DNA of 51,743 nt, counting the filler, from Jimgerdemannia flammicorona (Eukaryota), in assembly GCA_003990765.1 (NCBI GenBank). It is 2 parts of 2 records of this genome, joined end to end, with 100 filler letters (N's around TTAATTAATTAA, not from the genome) between each part and the next. Parts side by side here need not be neighbours in the genome. Positions count along the whole stretch, not along the records: positions 25,923 to 51,743 come from RBNJ01000785.1; 1 more part is not named here. One strand, written 5' to 3'. Under the pieces are notes generated by a model, which saw nothing but the letters and a program-made list of their open reading frames with translations, did not search any database and had not been told where the DNA came from. Below are positions 36,101 to 49,440 of the stretch, piece after piece. How positions within the stretch are numbered: position 1 is the stretch's first letter; each line of letters starts with the position of its first letter. A program made the position numbers and the translations under genes.

Positions 36101-38951
36101 GAAGGAGTATCCAGTGGCAGCAATGAGTGCTATGGGCTTCACAGAGATTGGTGGCACTTCTGATGAGATGGGTGGGATTGCTGGAGGATTGGAGGGTAGC
36201 TGATTGGCGAATTCTACAGATACAAAAAGAAGTAGTTGAGCTAAAGAAAGTGTTACAAATGGAGGAAGAGGTTCAGCTAAAGGGGATAGTGGGAGGTTGC
36301 AGTGGCAGGGGTTAGAGGAGAAAGAGGGGCCTACTAGATTTCTTTCATGATTACTTCAAGCTCAGAGAACCAGACAGTGGTAGGATGGTATTTTGGATAA
36401 GAATGGAGAGATAGTGGCAGGGACTTCAAAGATTTTGGAATTACTGAGGACTTGCTGGGGGAAATTATAGAGTGATGAAGAAGAGAGTAAGGATGCCTTG
36501 AATATTGAACAGCAGTTGAAGGATTGGCATCTGGACCCAGCTTTGGGCCTGGGGACACTGGGAGACCCAGTGTAGGGGGAAGAAGTATGCAAGGTCATGG
36601 CTTTGACAAGTGAGAGGACAGCTCTGGGAGAGGATGGGGTTCCCTGGGATTTTTGGAAGAAGATGGCAGGGGTGGAGGTAGTATTGGAGGAGATGACAGC
36701 AATGAGTGATGAGGTCCTTTGATTGGAAACTTGGATTGGGGGCCAGCACCTAGGGCTGGTTGCTTTGCTCTATAAGGATAAGGAAAAAAGAGAAGATTGG
36801 AAGAACTGGCAGCTAATCATGCTTCTTAAAATGGACTGCAAGCTAGTGATGAAGATCTTAGTAACTAGGCTGCAGGGGATCACTCAACAGGTACTAGGAG
36901 TGGAGCAGAGGGGATTTTTTGGTAGTTGGTTAATCTGAGATGGAACTGACTGGGTTCATGATGTAATTGAAGGTACCTGGGCAGCTGGGATTGATGACTG
37001 GTTAGTTTTTCTGAATCAGGAGAAGATGTATGATAGGGTGAGGAGCATCTGACTAGAGGGGGTGCTGAAATATGTGGGAGTTCCCCCAGAGTTCAGGAGG
37101 TCATTAATTAGTCTATTGGAACACAGTCAAGCAGCATTGGTGGTGAATGGACACAGGGGTGTAACTTTTCTGCTAGGACATAGGGTGCTGCAAGGGGATC
37201 CTTTGTCACCCATTTTATCTGCCCTTTCCTTGAAGCCCCTATTGGACAGGATCTGGCATCAAATTGGAGGTTTGAATATTTTGGAAATTAACTGAAAGGT
37301 GGGGGCTTTTGCAGATGACATGGTGGTTGGACTGAGTTTATTAGAGGATGTGGAGGAATTGAGAAGGACTGTGGAATAGTATGAGAGAGGCTTGAGTGCT
37401 GAGCTCAACTGGCACAAATATGAGACTCTAGTGCTAGGTGGTGGAATAGTTGGTTAGAACAGTGATTCCAGCAAGAGAACCAGTCCAGTATTGGGGATTT
37501 ACTTTCCAGTACTTGGGGATTTACTTTTCAGTATATGGATTCCATTTGCTCCATGTATGGTGGGAATAGTAGCTGCTAGTATGGGGGAATGTTCTCTTGA
37601 GGTAGGGTAGTTGGCATATATCCTAGGCAGGAAGGGTGATAGTGCTGAATGTGTATTGGCTGCTGAAGCTATGGTATGTGGGGTATCATCTGGACTTCCT
37701 AGGGTGGGTGGTCAGGTGACTTCTGAAGATAGCAAGATCCTGGGTTTGGGCCAGGTGGCAAAGTCAGATAGAATGAGAGGTTCTGACTCTGTCTGTTGAC
37801 AGAGATGGGCTGGGCTTAGTAGACTTTACAAAGCAACTTTATTGCCTAAGAGTATGATGGCTGAAGAGGGCAAGTGAGTTAAGGGGCCAGGAGTGGGTGC
37901 CACTCATGCAGAGGGTGTAGGAGGTCCAGTACTCCCCTTGGGGAGTGACTGGTGATCTGCTTACAATGGTGGTCATAGATGGGAGCAGTAGGATACATTT
38001 TAAAGACTTTTGGTGAGGTGTAGTGGATAGTACAAGGAGGTTTGGACTTCAGTGGAGGAGTGATGAGGGGGAGAAGAACTGGGGACCACAGATGTGGAGA
38101 TAGGACCAGTTACTGCTGGGAGGTTTATTGGTGGAGGATTTGCAACTTGACAATGAAATGGAATGTTTGTGAGGGCTCAGGGGGGACATGTGGCCTGAAG
38201 CATGGCAAAGAGTGGGGATTGGCAAAGAGTGGGACTGGAATGGTGTTTGGCCTTGGAGCAAGAGAGTGATGCAGTGGCTTCCCCCCAAGTTCTGGGGAGT
38301 TTGGTGAAGGTTCCTAAGGCGGAATGTGATGCTGAACTATCAATCAGAGCACTTGGTGGTGGATGGGACATTTGAGTGTAAGGAATGTATAGATATTGGC
38401 CAGGAGGCAGGAGTAGTACAAATGCCAGAACATTGGCTAGAAGAGTGTGAGGTTTTGGGGGAGTTTTGGTATAGTATTGCTAGTAGACTAGGATTGCGGT
38501 CTCTGGTGGGGGGAGAAGGAGGGAGATGGGGGGACCTCCAGTGTAAGTTAGTGGGCAGAGTTGGGAATGAATAGTTGACATTGGGATGGGCCCTGGCATT
38601 TTGGATAGAGCTGGCTAGTCATTGGCATCATGTCTTTGAGGAGAGTCAGCAGGTTGCAGTCAGAACTAAGATAGTATATTGGAAATGATTAATACTTGAT
38701 ATTTTGAATAGTTGGTGGAGAGGGTGGAGACTGGGTAGGGGGAGCTGTCAGAATATGATAAAGTGTATTTGCAGAAAGAGTGGAGAGAGGATTCAGGTAG
38801 TGGGTGGTTGGGTTGTTCTTCAGTAGAGAGAAATGGAGAATAGGGAGGGGGATCTGAGGGATATAGGCTGAAGAGTTGTGGGTACATATATATTAATATT
38901 TATAGATTGAGTAGTAATAATAAAAGTCTAAGTAACTATAAAAAAAAAAAA
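33166..38951 (+). mobile_element. Full-length degenerate L1/Tx1-like LINE (copy 2) with 16-bp target-site duplication
   Basis: TSD AGAGGGGGTATTTATA at 33150-33165 and 38952-38967. ORF1 relics 33400-35150. APE: NVNGLRG, LLQDI, LGGDFD, WSDH. RT: NQEKMYD, QGDPLSP, GAFADD. Cys/His tail CKEC...PEHWLEEC; 3' AAGTAACTAT+A tail. Confidence 0.95.
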
Positions 38952-38967
38952 AGAGGGGGTATTTATA

Positions 38968-40800
38968 CTAGTGAGAGGCTATCTGGACTATGCTGAATAT
39001 GGGTGTAGTACTTAGTACCTTGCTGAGTCAGAATGCCATCACATAATATAAGTATGATCTAATATATCAAGAGATCATCTGATTGCTGAGTCAGTTAACA
39101 GTCATATCATACAAGGCTAATCTAACTATTCTAATGACTGCTAAGCTATTTATAGATTTAGATGCTATCTGAGTAGTCTTTGATGACATCACTATTGATG
39201 ACATTTTCTCTAATAAAGTAGTTATTTAAGAAAAGTGGTTTGCAGATTACTTCTCTCTGTTTACTGAGATAATAATACATTGGGACTTTGGTGCCATCCA
39301 ATAGGATAGCATTATCTGTCTTGTATGCTGGATATGGAGTTAGTGGGTGAAGGAGGGGTGTATTGTCTTCACTTTCATCAGATTCACTATTTGCATTTCT
39401 TTTATAAGTTACAGTACTATGAGTTACAGGGTTGTAGTATATTAGTAATTGTGTTTCATATTGCTCATATTCAGGTGGTAGAGTTGTTGGTTTGATCTCA
39501 AAGGTTGTTTAGAGGTACAGGTTGTTTTCTCCAGTCTCTTCATTATGGTTGAAGTAATTGGGAGTAAATTCTGGTTAATACTCATACTAGTGGTTATTGT
39601 CCTAATAGGTCTTGTAGGTGGTTATGAACTATTGTAAGTTCATTGGCAAGGCTGGCAGGGTGATCAGAGTTGACAGGGATCCTTGGCTCAAGGTCATATC
39701 AGTATCAGAGGGATCATTATCTTCTACTTCATCCTTATTAAACCAGATTATATTGTAGATATCCTTCATAGTATATCTGACTTGGAGTATTTATAGAATA
39801 TGATCATTGGGGTGTGAGAGGATTCTGTCTATGGTCTAAATATACTTGATATACTTGTGGTTGAGTTCATGTATCATATTGTCAATTTGGCCATAGGACA
39901 GAGTAGAAACCATCTCTGTGGTAGTAACTCAGAGGCAGGAAATAAAGGTACTATACTCATAGAAGAGTTCTTGGTGTTTGTGAGTGATGAGTTTCTGGTG
40001 TTGAGTCATTTGGATAATATCTGTATCATAGTGATGTTTGACTATATCTACTAGGAGGCAGCTGATCTAGTAGGAGCTTGAGATTTGTCCAATTCAGTGG
40101 GCTTCACTAAGTATGTTCAGGGTATTCCATCAGGCTTCCATGAAGTTGAGAGGTGCCAGACTATGGATATTTATAAGAGGCAGAGAGGGGGTGACTCAGT
40201 TGACAATAGTATTCCAAATGTCAGCATGGATGTAGTTGTAGATCTTAGTAGTTATATTTATATATATTCAAGAGTTGGAGTTGTTTATTTGGTTTGTTGT
40301 GATTCTTCAATGTGTCTTAATGCTCAGTATATATATATATTCAGTCTTAATTAGTAAGACTCTGTTTGTATAAATCTTATGTTTTGTGACTTTGGGTTGA
40401 CTCAGCTTTGTATGCTGTGACTTCAGTTTGACTCAGCTTTGTGATCTTACTGATGATTTCCACATTTATTCAGAGAGTGCATGTGATTTCAATAGCTTAT
40501 TCAGAGGGTGATGTGTGATTTCAGTGGCTTAGAAGTTGTGTACTTAGATGAAGAATTCATCTTGAATTACCAGTCAATAGGCTCCAAGTTGTAATGTAGT
40601 AGACACTTAATCTTGGAAGTATGTTGGATATCTGTATCTTGAAAATTTGATCTTCTTTGACTCTGCAGAGTCTTTGAGATATAGGGTGGGTTCAAAGTAT
40701 ATCTGCCTATAGGCTTACTAGTTCCTTTGCTTTCTCTTAGCTTTTGAACCATTTCAATCTGAGATTTATTCACTCTAAAATACTGGGTTATTTATATATG
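38968..40800 (-). mobile_element. LTR-like promoter segments and decayed ORF relics
   Basis: Clusters of TGACTCA/TGAGTCA motifs (about 39024, 39086, 40192, 40398, 40429), a TGTCA start on the minus strand at 39203, a second TATAAATA near 40175 followed by a broken ORF. CpG-depleted; identity not resolved. Confidence 0.3.
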
Positions 40801-40857
40801 TTTGCTAGCTATATATAAGGTGGCTAAGTTATAAGTCACTTTTCACAAGTATTAATC

Positions 40858-41600
40858 CTTGACATCTGTTAAATCTTGATGATCATCAAAACTTTAATAT
40901 CTGTAAATTTGACATTTGTAAAGAGTTTAACATTCATAAAAACTTAACATTTATAAAATTACTACTATTCATAAGGCTATACTATATTGGGAATTGGGTT
41001 TAGGTACAATAATCAAATGTTTAATTTCCCTAATCCTTGTTTCTAAATCAGATCAACTATCACAATATATATAATCTAATATTTTAATTAACTTAAAATA
41101 TAACTATAGATTTAATTTACTATAAAATAAGTGAAATAAAATGTTATTAAATATATTTGCAAATAATAAGTATAAAAAATATCTAAAAATTTATATTTAT
41201 ATTAAATAAGATTAAAATTATAATTAATTACTTAAATTAAAAAAATATATTAATTTTCATTATATTGAAACTTTATATTAAATTTGATTTTTAATTAATA
41301 TATATAGCTCAAGTAATGAGCAATCTATAGTTTATATTTAGATATAAATATAATAAAATATTTCATCATTTTTATATTATCCACAATGGGCAACTAATCT
41401 GTTCAAAAAAATTCCAACAATTACTAAATTGAAATAAAAATATAAAATAATTATATTTTAAATTTTATAATTCTGATAAATATAATAGTAGTATAGATCC
41501 TATTATTATACTTAATCAGTTCTAGTATTATTATTATTATTATTATTACTAAAAAATACTTAAATAACTCTAATAATATAACTACTACAAAATTTTTCAA
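40858..41600. repeat. Short repeated motifs followed by an extremely AT-rich tract; probable non-autonomous transposon relic
   Basis: Repeats ttgacatctgttaaa / tttaatatctgtaaa / tttgacatttgtaaa / tttaacattcataaa / cttaacatttataaa at 40858-40960, then nearly G/C-free sequence. Confidence 0.35.
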
Positions 41601-41899
41601 ATATCAATAATGGAGATTTTATAGTGATGTCAGCAGTATATTAAAATCAACTTCAGCAATAACAATTTGTCTCTCATTAAGGATGCAGGATACAAATTTG
41701 CTCCAGTAAAAATTGAAGGAATAGTGTGGCCATTAATTCTCCTTATAAGAAGTCTGGCTCACAGTCTGACACTTGCCATATAATTTATTTTTTTGCTGTT
41801 TATTTTTGATGACATATACAGTATTCACTATTAATATCTAATAATACTGTTGATTTATCTTCTACCCTCTGCTTTTTTGACTTTGTAAACTGTGTCTGT

Positions 41900-44100
41900 C
41901 TTTTTACATACTATTGTCCTACATATCTTGTGGCCACTAATCAAAATATACTTGCAGCATTCCTCATCAAGTATATCATTTTTCTTCCTCTTCTTTGATG
42001 GCCTGTCACCATAGGCATAGTCATCTAATTGATTGGCTTACTTGCCCCTGTACTCTAATAAATACCTTTTACTTATATCTATAGATTTTTTGGGCAACAG
42101 TGAGGTTCCAAGTTCACTGTTTTTCCTGTACTATTGCCATGGCTTTGAAGATATGCTTGCCATTTCTTGAGAGCTTGTATCCTTGCCATTGCAGAATATC
42201 AATAGTATATGTCCATCCAACATTCCACCTTACATCAGCTTGATGAACTCACCCAAATAGATATATATAGAATTTATTCTTATTTCCAATGTGTCGTTAG
42301 TGGATATGATGAATACTTTCAATTTGTATAGTATTAAATCTATTGGCATATAGTGGGGCCTCAGTAATAAGTTGTTTCTTCAGCTTAGTAAGATGGACAG
42401 TAGTATCATATGCAAGTTCTTAAGATTTATGTGGCAAATCATTAGTGAGTTCTTGAAGGCAGCATGAAAACATTAGTGGACACTGTACTTCAACAGCTTT
42501 GATACATCTTTTCCAATCTGTGGCTGCAATACTAAACTGCATGCCAGTTGTTACAGAGCTAGTTATTGTAGAGGATGTATCTCCATTGTTAAGGATTAAT
42601 ACTAATGGGTCCTCAACCTCAACATCTCCATCAATATCTAGGCCAGGCAAGTTGGTCATATCAGATACTGGTGAATCATCTTTGTTATTTTCAAAGCTCT
42701 CTGAGTCTGTCTCCTCAATATCAATATTACTGAGTACATTATTGAGTTCATCAGAGATAGGAAAATCAGTAATATCAACTGCTCTTAGTACTTCAAAGCT
42801 GTCAGCTATAGTGGTTTTGGTTTGAAGGTGCTGCCAGATGATTTTGTTCTTATGTACAATAGCCTACAGGCAGTAAAATGTCTTAGTACCAAACCCCACA
42901 GTTTTGATATTACTATCTCTTTTATGTAAAATTGTACAGATTATCAGTAGTAGCTTATCATCTTTGATCTGTTCTTTGACTTCTAGGATATCTCCAGGTT
43001 TCAAGTCACCAAAACCAATATTGATCTCAAAGAACAGAGCCTACATTTGTTGCAGAAAATTATCTTGGAATTGTCATTGGCATCCATCAGTGCAGTCACT
43101 ATGTTAATCATAAAACAAGTGCTCAAAGTGGTTTTTAATTATTGATATATTGCATATGTCCTTGAGGTAAGCATTCTATAAATGGTGCTAGTAAGTTGTT
43201 GGCTTTAGCTTCAGTAACTATGGTTTTCTTGAGATTTTTAATCAGATGCCCTGGATCTCATTAGTTTTGTACAAGAGATCTATTAGGTAGGGGGCCTTAT
43301 ATCTCCCAGATCAGTTCTAATGTCTTTACATCACCATCAGTTACTATAACTTATATCTTATATCTAGTATTAGTGAGTTGTACTACAGCTCTCTTAGTTA
43401 TATCAGCTGCCATAGTATTGCTGCTACCATAATAGTTTCAATCACTATGAACAGGTACTAAAAATGCTCCAGATGCATCTTTAACTGCATTGTCAATATT
43501 GTTTTTCATAGAAATACCAGTGCTGATAATACTCATTTTTTCTGATGGTAGCTGTATAGCAAAGATACAATGTATGTCTATACATTGTATCAATGAGTCT
43601 ACTGCTCATCAGTTATAACTACTGGCAAGATGTAGTCACTATTAGCTGCAAGATATAAGCAAGCCATTCTGCTCTCCTCAGCCACTTCTTTACAAGCCTA
43701 GTGGTGATACTTCAGATTATAGTCAAAGGTCCTGTGTGCTATACAAGGTATGTCCAATGAATTTAAGAATGGTTTCAACTCAGAATAGTCCATTCCAGCA
43801 ATACTACATACTACTGCAGTACATGCTTGAAGGATTGACTTCTTTGGTTCTCATTTGCTGGAAGGCTGCTTCTTAAATCAGTGCTACAAAATATGACTAC
43901 ATGCTGACAAGCAGTACACTTGAACTTCACTTCTATAGATAGTGCATACTTTTTACTAATTGTAATATACTTAATTGTATGAGTCCTGTGGCATATCTTA
44001 TATACAATGTTATTGATAATAAACTGAAGTAGTAAATGCTGAGACATGATGTATGCTCTTTTTACAGGCATTGATTCATCATTAAATATACTCTCTTCAG
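41900..44100 (-). mobile_element. Degenerate Kolobok-type (PF20700-like) DDE transposase
   Basis: Minus-strand motifs in order: FKCTAC (about 43915), VITDEQ*TH*YN (about 43610; DGxW-like), NYYGSSNTM (43437-43411), VTDGDVKT (43344-43321), DPGHLIKNLKK (about 43250), HLFYD*HSDC (about 43110), NTIQIESIHH (about 42320). Confidence 0.7.
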
Positions 44101-45499
44101 TTTCATAAGTATCATTATTGATATTATCAGTCTTGAGTTTGTCACAGCATATCCACTGGTAGCAAGTATTATATAATTACAATGATTTATTATTGATTAT
44201 TACTGAGTGGTAGCTAATATTGAATTTGTAATACTGTTAGTATTTTAAATATTAATAGTAATATTACTATATATATATACATATATCTTGAAGAGGTCTG
44301 CTTCCACTCTTGCTTCTGAATGGCATCACCTATAATATGTTTAATTCACCTTCTCAATTAAACCTATCTGTAAGCCAAAAAGTAGCAGTCCTGATATTTT
44401 TGATTTTCCATATAAGAAATTACTGCTTTTAATTGCTTTACTGGGGTTGCTGGACTCAAACACCTCTCTAGTAGGATTTGTTACTTGGAAGATTGGTTTT
44501 CCAGTATTAGGAGTTATGTTGATGGTGAGTGTATACTTTGAACATCTAACTGCTGAATATATCCTGTCCAGTCAACCTGTAGTGACAAGCCTTTATATTG
44601 AAATTCTTTATAGTAAGCACCAAAGTCAGTAATATATAAGATGCATCAGTTGGCCAGAACTAGCTTGTAAAATACTATTGCTTTGCTATATCCTAGAATA
44701 TCTATGATAGTGCTGATAGTCTGAGAATCAATAATCACAGATAATGAGCAGGCTATTACAGAGATTGAGGCCATATTGCAGAGTTCAATGAAAGTAGTAA
44801 TAGGAGAATGTATAGAGGGAAATGAGAGATAGAGGATAAGTAGGTATAAGCTTTATAAGAGTATATATTATGATAGTGGTAATGGGAGAGTGTACTATTT
44901 TTGATACTCTGAAATTATCTCCAAAATTATTGAAGGCTATTTTGATACTCTTACTATCATTTATCACTACAGCAATATTTCTCTCTATGATATTTTCCCC
45001 TCTCTCCAGGAATATTTATTGGTCTCTCATCATTATTTATTGCCACAGTGACATCCCCTCTCTCCTCTCTCAGTAATATTTCCCTCCTAGCAATATCTCT
45101 CCCAATATTTATTAATTTCTTGCTGCTATTCTGGAATGCAGTAGTTATATAGATTATGGGTTATACGAATTATAAGATTATATGGAATATGACAGTCAGT
45201 TAAAATGCAGCAGTTGTCTATGATTTTTGATCAGTGGTGAGTCACATACTGTATATGTACATACTTTGAGGTACATATATACATATACACTCCAGCAACA
45301 GAGTGTCATTGTCTCCCTGATCACTAACAGTCATTAGAAAAATTGTGAATTAATTTTTATATGAATATTTCCATAAATATATATTATTTTGTAGCATGAT
45401 ACAAAGCTGTCACAACCCAAGCTATCATATCCAAAGTATGATATTTAGCCAAATAACTAATTACATCTGTATAGCATATTGTAACATCTCTAAAAATTC

Positions 45500-48400
45500 A
45501 TGATAGATATCAAAAAGGTGGAAGTCAGCATTGAAGAAGTCAACAACAAGATTAAAAAGGTTGAGGAGAAGGTTGAGGCTGTTGAAGGAGAGATCAGAGA
45601 TGCAAAAATTAACATTGAGAAGATGTCAGACCATGAGCTAGAGCAGCTGCTCTACAAGGAGCTGGAGCAGCTTCACAAGGAGCTGGAGCAGCTTTGCAAG
45701 GAGATGGAGCAGCTTTGTAAGGAGCTGGAGCAGTTTCATGCAGAGAAACTGATACATCTGCAGGAATGGCAAGATAAATTGCAGTTTATAGTTACATAAA
45801 TACCTGTGCCATTCTGGTCCAGGATTTGTTTTCTCTAGTAGCAGTTCACTTAACTAACTACTGTCATCCAAATATTCAGGTATTTATCAATAAAGGCAAA
45901 CTATTACTCCTGAAAATATTATTAAAGGTAAAGGTAAGTGTTTTGAAATGACTTATACAGTGTGGGTTCATAATTATGGCTGTAGAGTAAGGATCTTACT
46001 ATTTACTCAATTTGAATATTTTATAGTCATCTCTTCAACATTGATACCAAATTCATATATGCTTTATTAGCTGCAACCAGTCTCAGGTATGTGATGCTGT
46101 AATAATAGTTATATTAATAAATCTTCTTTCTCACTTTTATTCCCATACATTAGAAAGTGAAAAGTCAGGATATTGTACACTATCTCAACAAGGTAAGATA
46201 ATACTCATCTATATATCTTTTTTAATAAAAACTGAAGTATGGGAGGAAAATAGATTTAGAGATGGTATATATATATTATTCAATACTTGAAACCTAGTAC
46301 AGAATGGAAATCATTTTAGTCAGATGCTATTTGTTGAATTTTTGATAGTAGGTTGGGATTTTCTTGATGTATTTTGAGAGAATTATGTTGGCAAACGTCT
46401 TGGCAGTGGTGAGGGTTTGTCATTACTTCCATACTGGCCTTGGGACTTTGGCTATTTCTACTCTATAACTATACTAATTAATTATCATATCAATAGATTC
46501 CTCATTTCCAATCTCTCTATTAAAGCTGTAATGGAGTTTCCTCTCTTCAATATCAACTTATATTCTTGGTGCATTCTCATCAAATGTAATTAAATCTTCC
46601 AAAAGAAAACATATTGATGAAAGTAAGTATAAAGCTATTTTGAACTATTTTACAGTATTGTAGAGCAGGGGGGGTTTTTTTTTCACTCATTTACTTTTGC
46701 AAACTCTAGACTTAATTCAGAGTCTCTCTTCACCAAAGAGAAGACAATGGATGGTCAGTGGTACTATTGCTCCAATTCATCACGCTGGCTACTATTTTGT
46801 AGACATAACAGAACAGAATGGTCCACTACTTGAAAAAATTCATGATGGTAAATTTGTGATGCTACATGGGCCACAGGCTTCTGGTAAATCTACATGGGTA
46901 CTAAATGCTAAGGAACAACTGCAGATAGAGGGCTTTATTTGCATAGTAAGTGTGATTCCATTTCTATATAGTTTTACTGAAATATGTGAGAAGAAATCAT
47001 TCAATTAATGACTTTATTTATTTTCAGTATATCTCTTGAACATGTTAATATTGCTGCTGGCATAGATGAATTTTGAAAATCACTTGGCATGACTTTTAAA
47101 TGTGATGCCCCCCAGTACTTCAGTTCTCTTACCAGTATTGATTTGGCTTATAGTTTTCTCAACATATTTCATTGCAGCTGCTGGATGTCTTTCAGTAATG
47201 AAAAAAGTCATGTTGTTCTCTTCTTTGATAAGTTTGATAGACTCTATATAGCAACAGTGGATGTTCACTCTTCATGTCTGGCAATTCTTCATGGTATCAA
47301 AAATAACAGTACCAAATTTGCCATTCATTCTGTTATTGCTATTGGTCCTTTCAGCATTCTATACCTTGAATCATACAAGCTGTCAACATCTCCTTTTAAT
47401 ATTAAGGAACCATTCCAAAATCCTAATCTCACCCAAGATCAAGTACAGGCTTTATATGAAGATTTTGCAATATAAAAACATATAACCATTGATCCAGTAA
47501 TTATAAGTGATATATATGCACAGATAAATGGGTATGTATTTTAATACAAATTGCTCATTTTCATCCTCCTGATTAGATCATGAGATATATGATTTTAATA
47601 TTATGACTTAATGTTTCTTATTATTTTCAATAGACATGCTGGCCTTGTGTGTATCTATGGGTATATAATCAATAGCAAATTATTTCAATGTCTCAAAGGA
47701 GGGAAACACCTGAGCTATGACACTTGGCAGATCTTCAGCCTTATGTCATTAGAGAAAGAGGTAGCCAGTTTGGCAACATTTTCAAAAATGATCAAGGCTT
47801 TGGAGCAATACATAGCCATCCCAGCTCTAGATTTATTTTGGTCCAAATTTCTTGGGTCTGCTAATTCAAAACTTATAAGCAATACAAGTGATATCAAATT
47901 AGCTGAATTTCTTGCAGCTGAAGGGATCCTTCTATCTACCAAAGAGACTGGAGTGTTTAAGATTTCTTTACCTCTTGTAGCCTCATTGATCCTTTAATAT
48001 ATAATTCCAGATGTGTTTCCATCTGCACCAGTAGTAAATGTTCTGGAGCAATAAGATAACTCTGTAGATATTTTGAAAGTATTGCAGGAAGCTGTTTATT
48101 TCTTCAACAAAAACATTATTTGCAAAGCATCCAACTGCTCATTCAAGAAAGCAAATGTTCTTGTGAATGGTCATTATAACCATCAAGTTCTATATGAGAG
48201 TGTATTTGATGCAGAACTTAATTGAGTCCTGGTAAATTGGCTTGGCAAGATTTGAGGCTTTCAAATTGCTGGACAGTAGTATTTTACAATATATCATCTG
48301 GATAGTAGTGGTTATGGATATAGTGATCTCATTATCACAGCTTCTAATATAAATCAACCATTAGTTCTTAACGAGCTTTTGGTTACAGCAATGACAACTG

Positions 48401-48654
48401 AGCTTAAAGAACACTCCTGTCAAGCACTGGAATATGGCAAGCATATTTCTGTTCAAGAGGTTTGGGTTATACACTTTACATATATAGACAATGCCACTAT
48501 GGAGCCTCTCTGGCCATCCAGTAAGCAACAATTACTGGGCCTTAATGTTGTACATTTCTGGCATGATTTGGAGTTTCAAAGTTTGTGAATGAGTGCTTGT
48601 TCACTTGATACTACTGTTGGCATTAGTGATATTATTGATCAGAAGATATTTTGA
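45500..48654 (+). pseudogene. Crinkler/CR-type pseudogene: coiled-coil header + P-loop NTPase + PD-(D/E)xK-like nuclease
   Basis: Heptad (ELEQLxK)n header at 45500-45799, Walker A LHGPQASGKST (about 46865), Walker B VVLFFDKFD (about 47215), G|HAGLV, ESVFDAEL, YSDLII...NELLVTA...EH..QALEY...VWVIHFT. Introns retained; multiple premature stops. Confidence 0.75.
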
Positions 48655-48836
48655 GATATTTCGATTATTCATAAGCTATATTTCAATTGTTTATAATGTT
48701 GGATAAGTTAGAATATTGACTGATAATTTATCTGAAGCATCTAGGGGTTATGGCAAGAATGTTAACACTATCCAGAATTAGAGGGCCTCTTTCTGAAGAA
48801 AGATATTGAGATGGTTGGGCAGATATAGTTCTCATT

Positions 48837-48838
<2 letters not shown>

Positions 48839-48912
<74 letters not shown>
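48839..48912. repeat. Poly(T) tract of about 74 nt
   Basis: Homopolymer with one interrupting A. Confidence 0.9.
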
Positions 48913-48914
<2 letters not shown>

Positions 48915-49141
48915 TCATACATGGTTCTATATTCTCAGGCTTGCTTTGTAAGCTTCTCTTTTTGAGACTCACTACCAAATACCTGTAAATTAAACTACTA
49001 TATTTTTTTACTAAATACATTACAATTGATCACACTTCCCTGCCTACTTCCCCTTACTCTTCTGCCTTATGGTCTCAACAGCTACCTTGAATAGATCAGA
49101 AAGCATAAAAGTCAGAATGATGAAAACTAGTCATCAGTTCT

Positions 49142-49440
49142 GGTGTTAGCAGTATTGGTACCATTGGTACTATTGGCAGCATTGGTACTATTGACATAGC
49201 ATTGGTACCATTGGCAGTATTGTCAGTATTGGCAGTATTAGCAGTGTTGGTGCCATTGGTGCCATTGGTACTGTTGGTATCATTGGTGCTATAGTACCAT
49301 TGGTGTTATTGGTACCATTGGCAGTGCTGATAGTGCTGGTGATGTTGACAGTGATGGCAGCACTGGAGGTACTGGAAGCACTGGAGGTGCTGTAAGTGCT
49401 GGAGATGCTGGAGGCACTGGAGGTGCTGGTAGTGTTGGTG
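49142..49440. repeat. Degenerate 9-bp-period minisatellite
   Basis: attggtacc/attggtact/attggcagt units grading into actggaggt/gctggaggc units. Confidence 0.8.

Noticed and set aside
44760..45130. Purine-rich then pyrimidine-rich tracts suggesting a MITE-like inverted repeat
   Set aside because: Could not align convincing TIRs or a TSD by eye.
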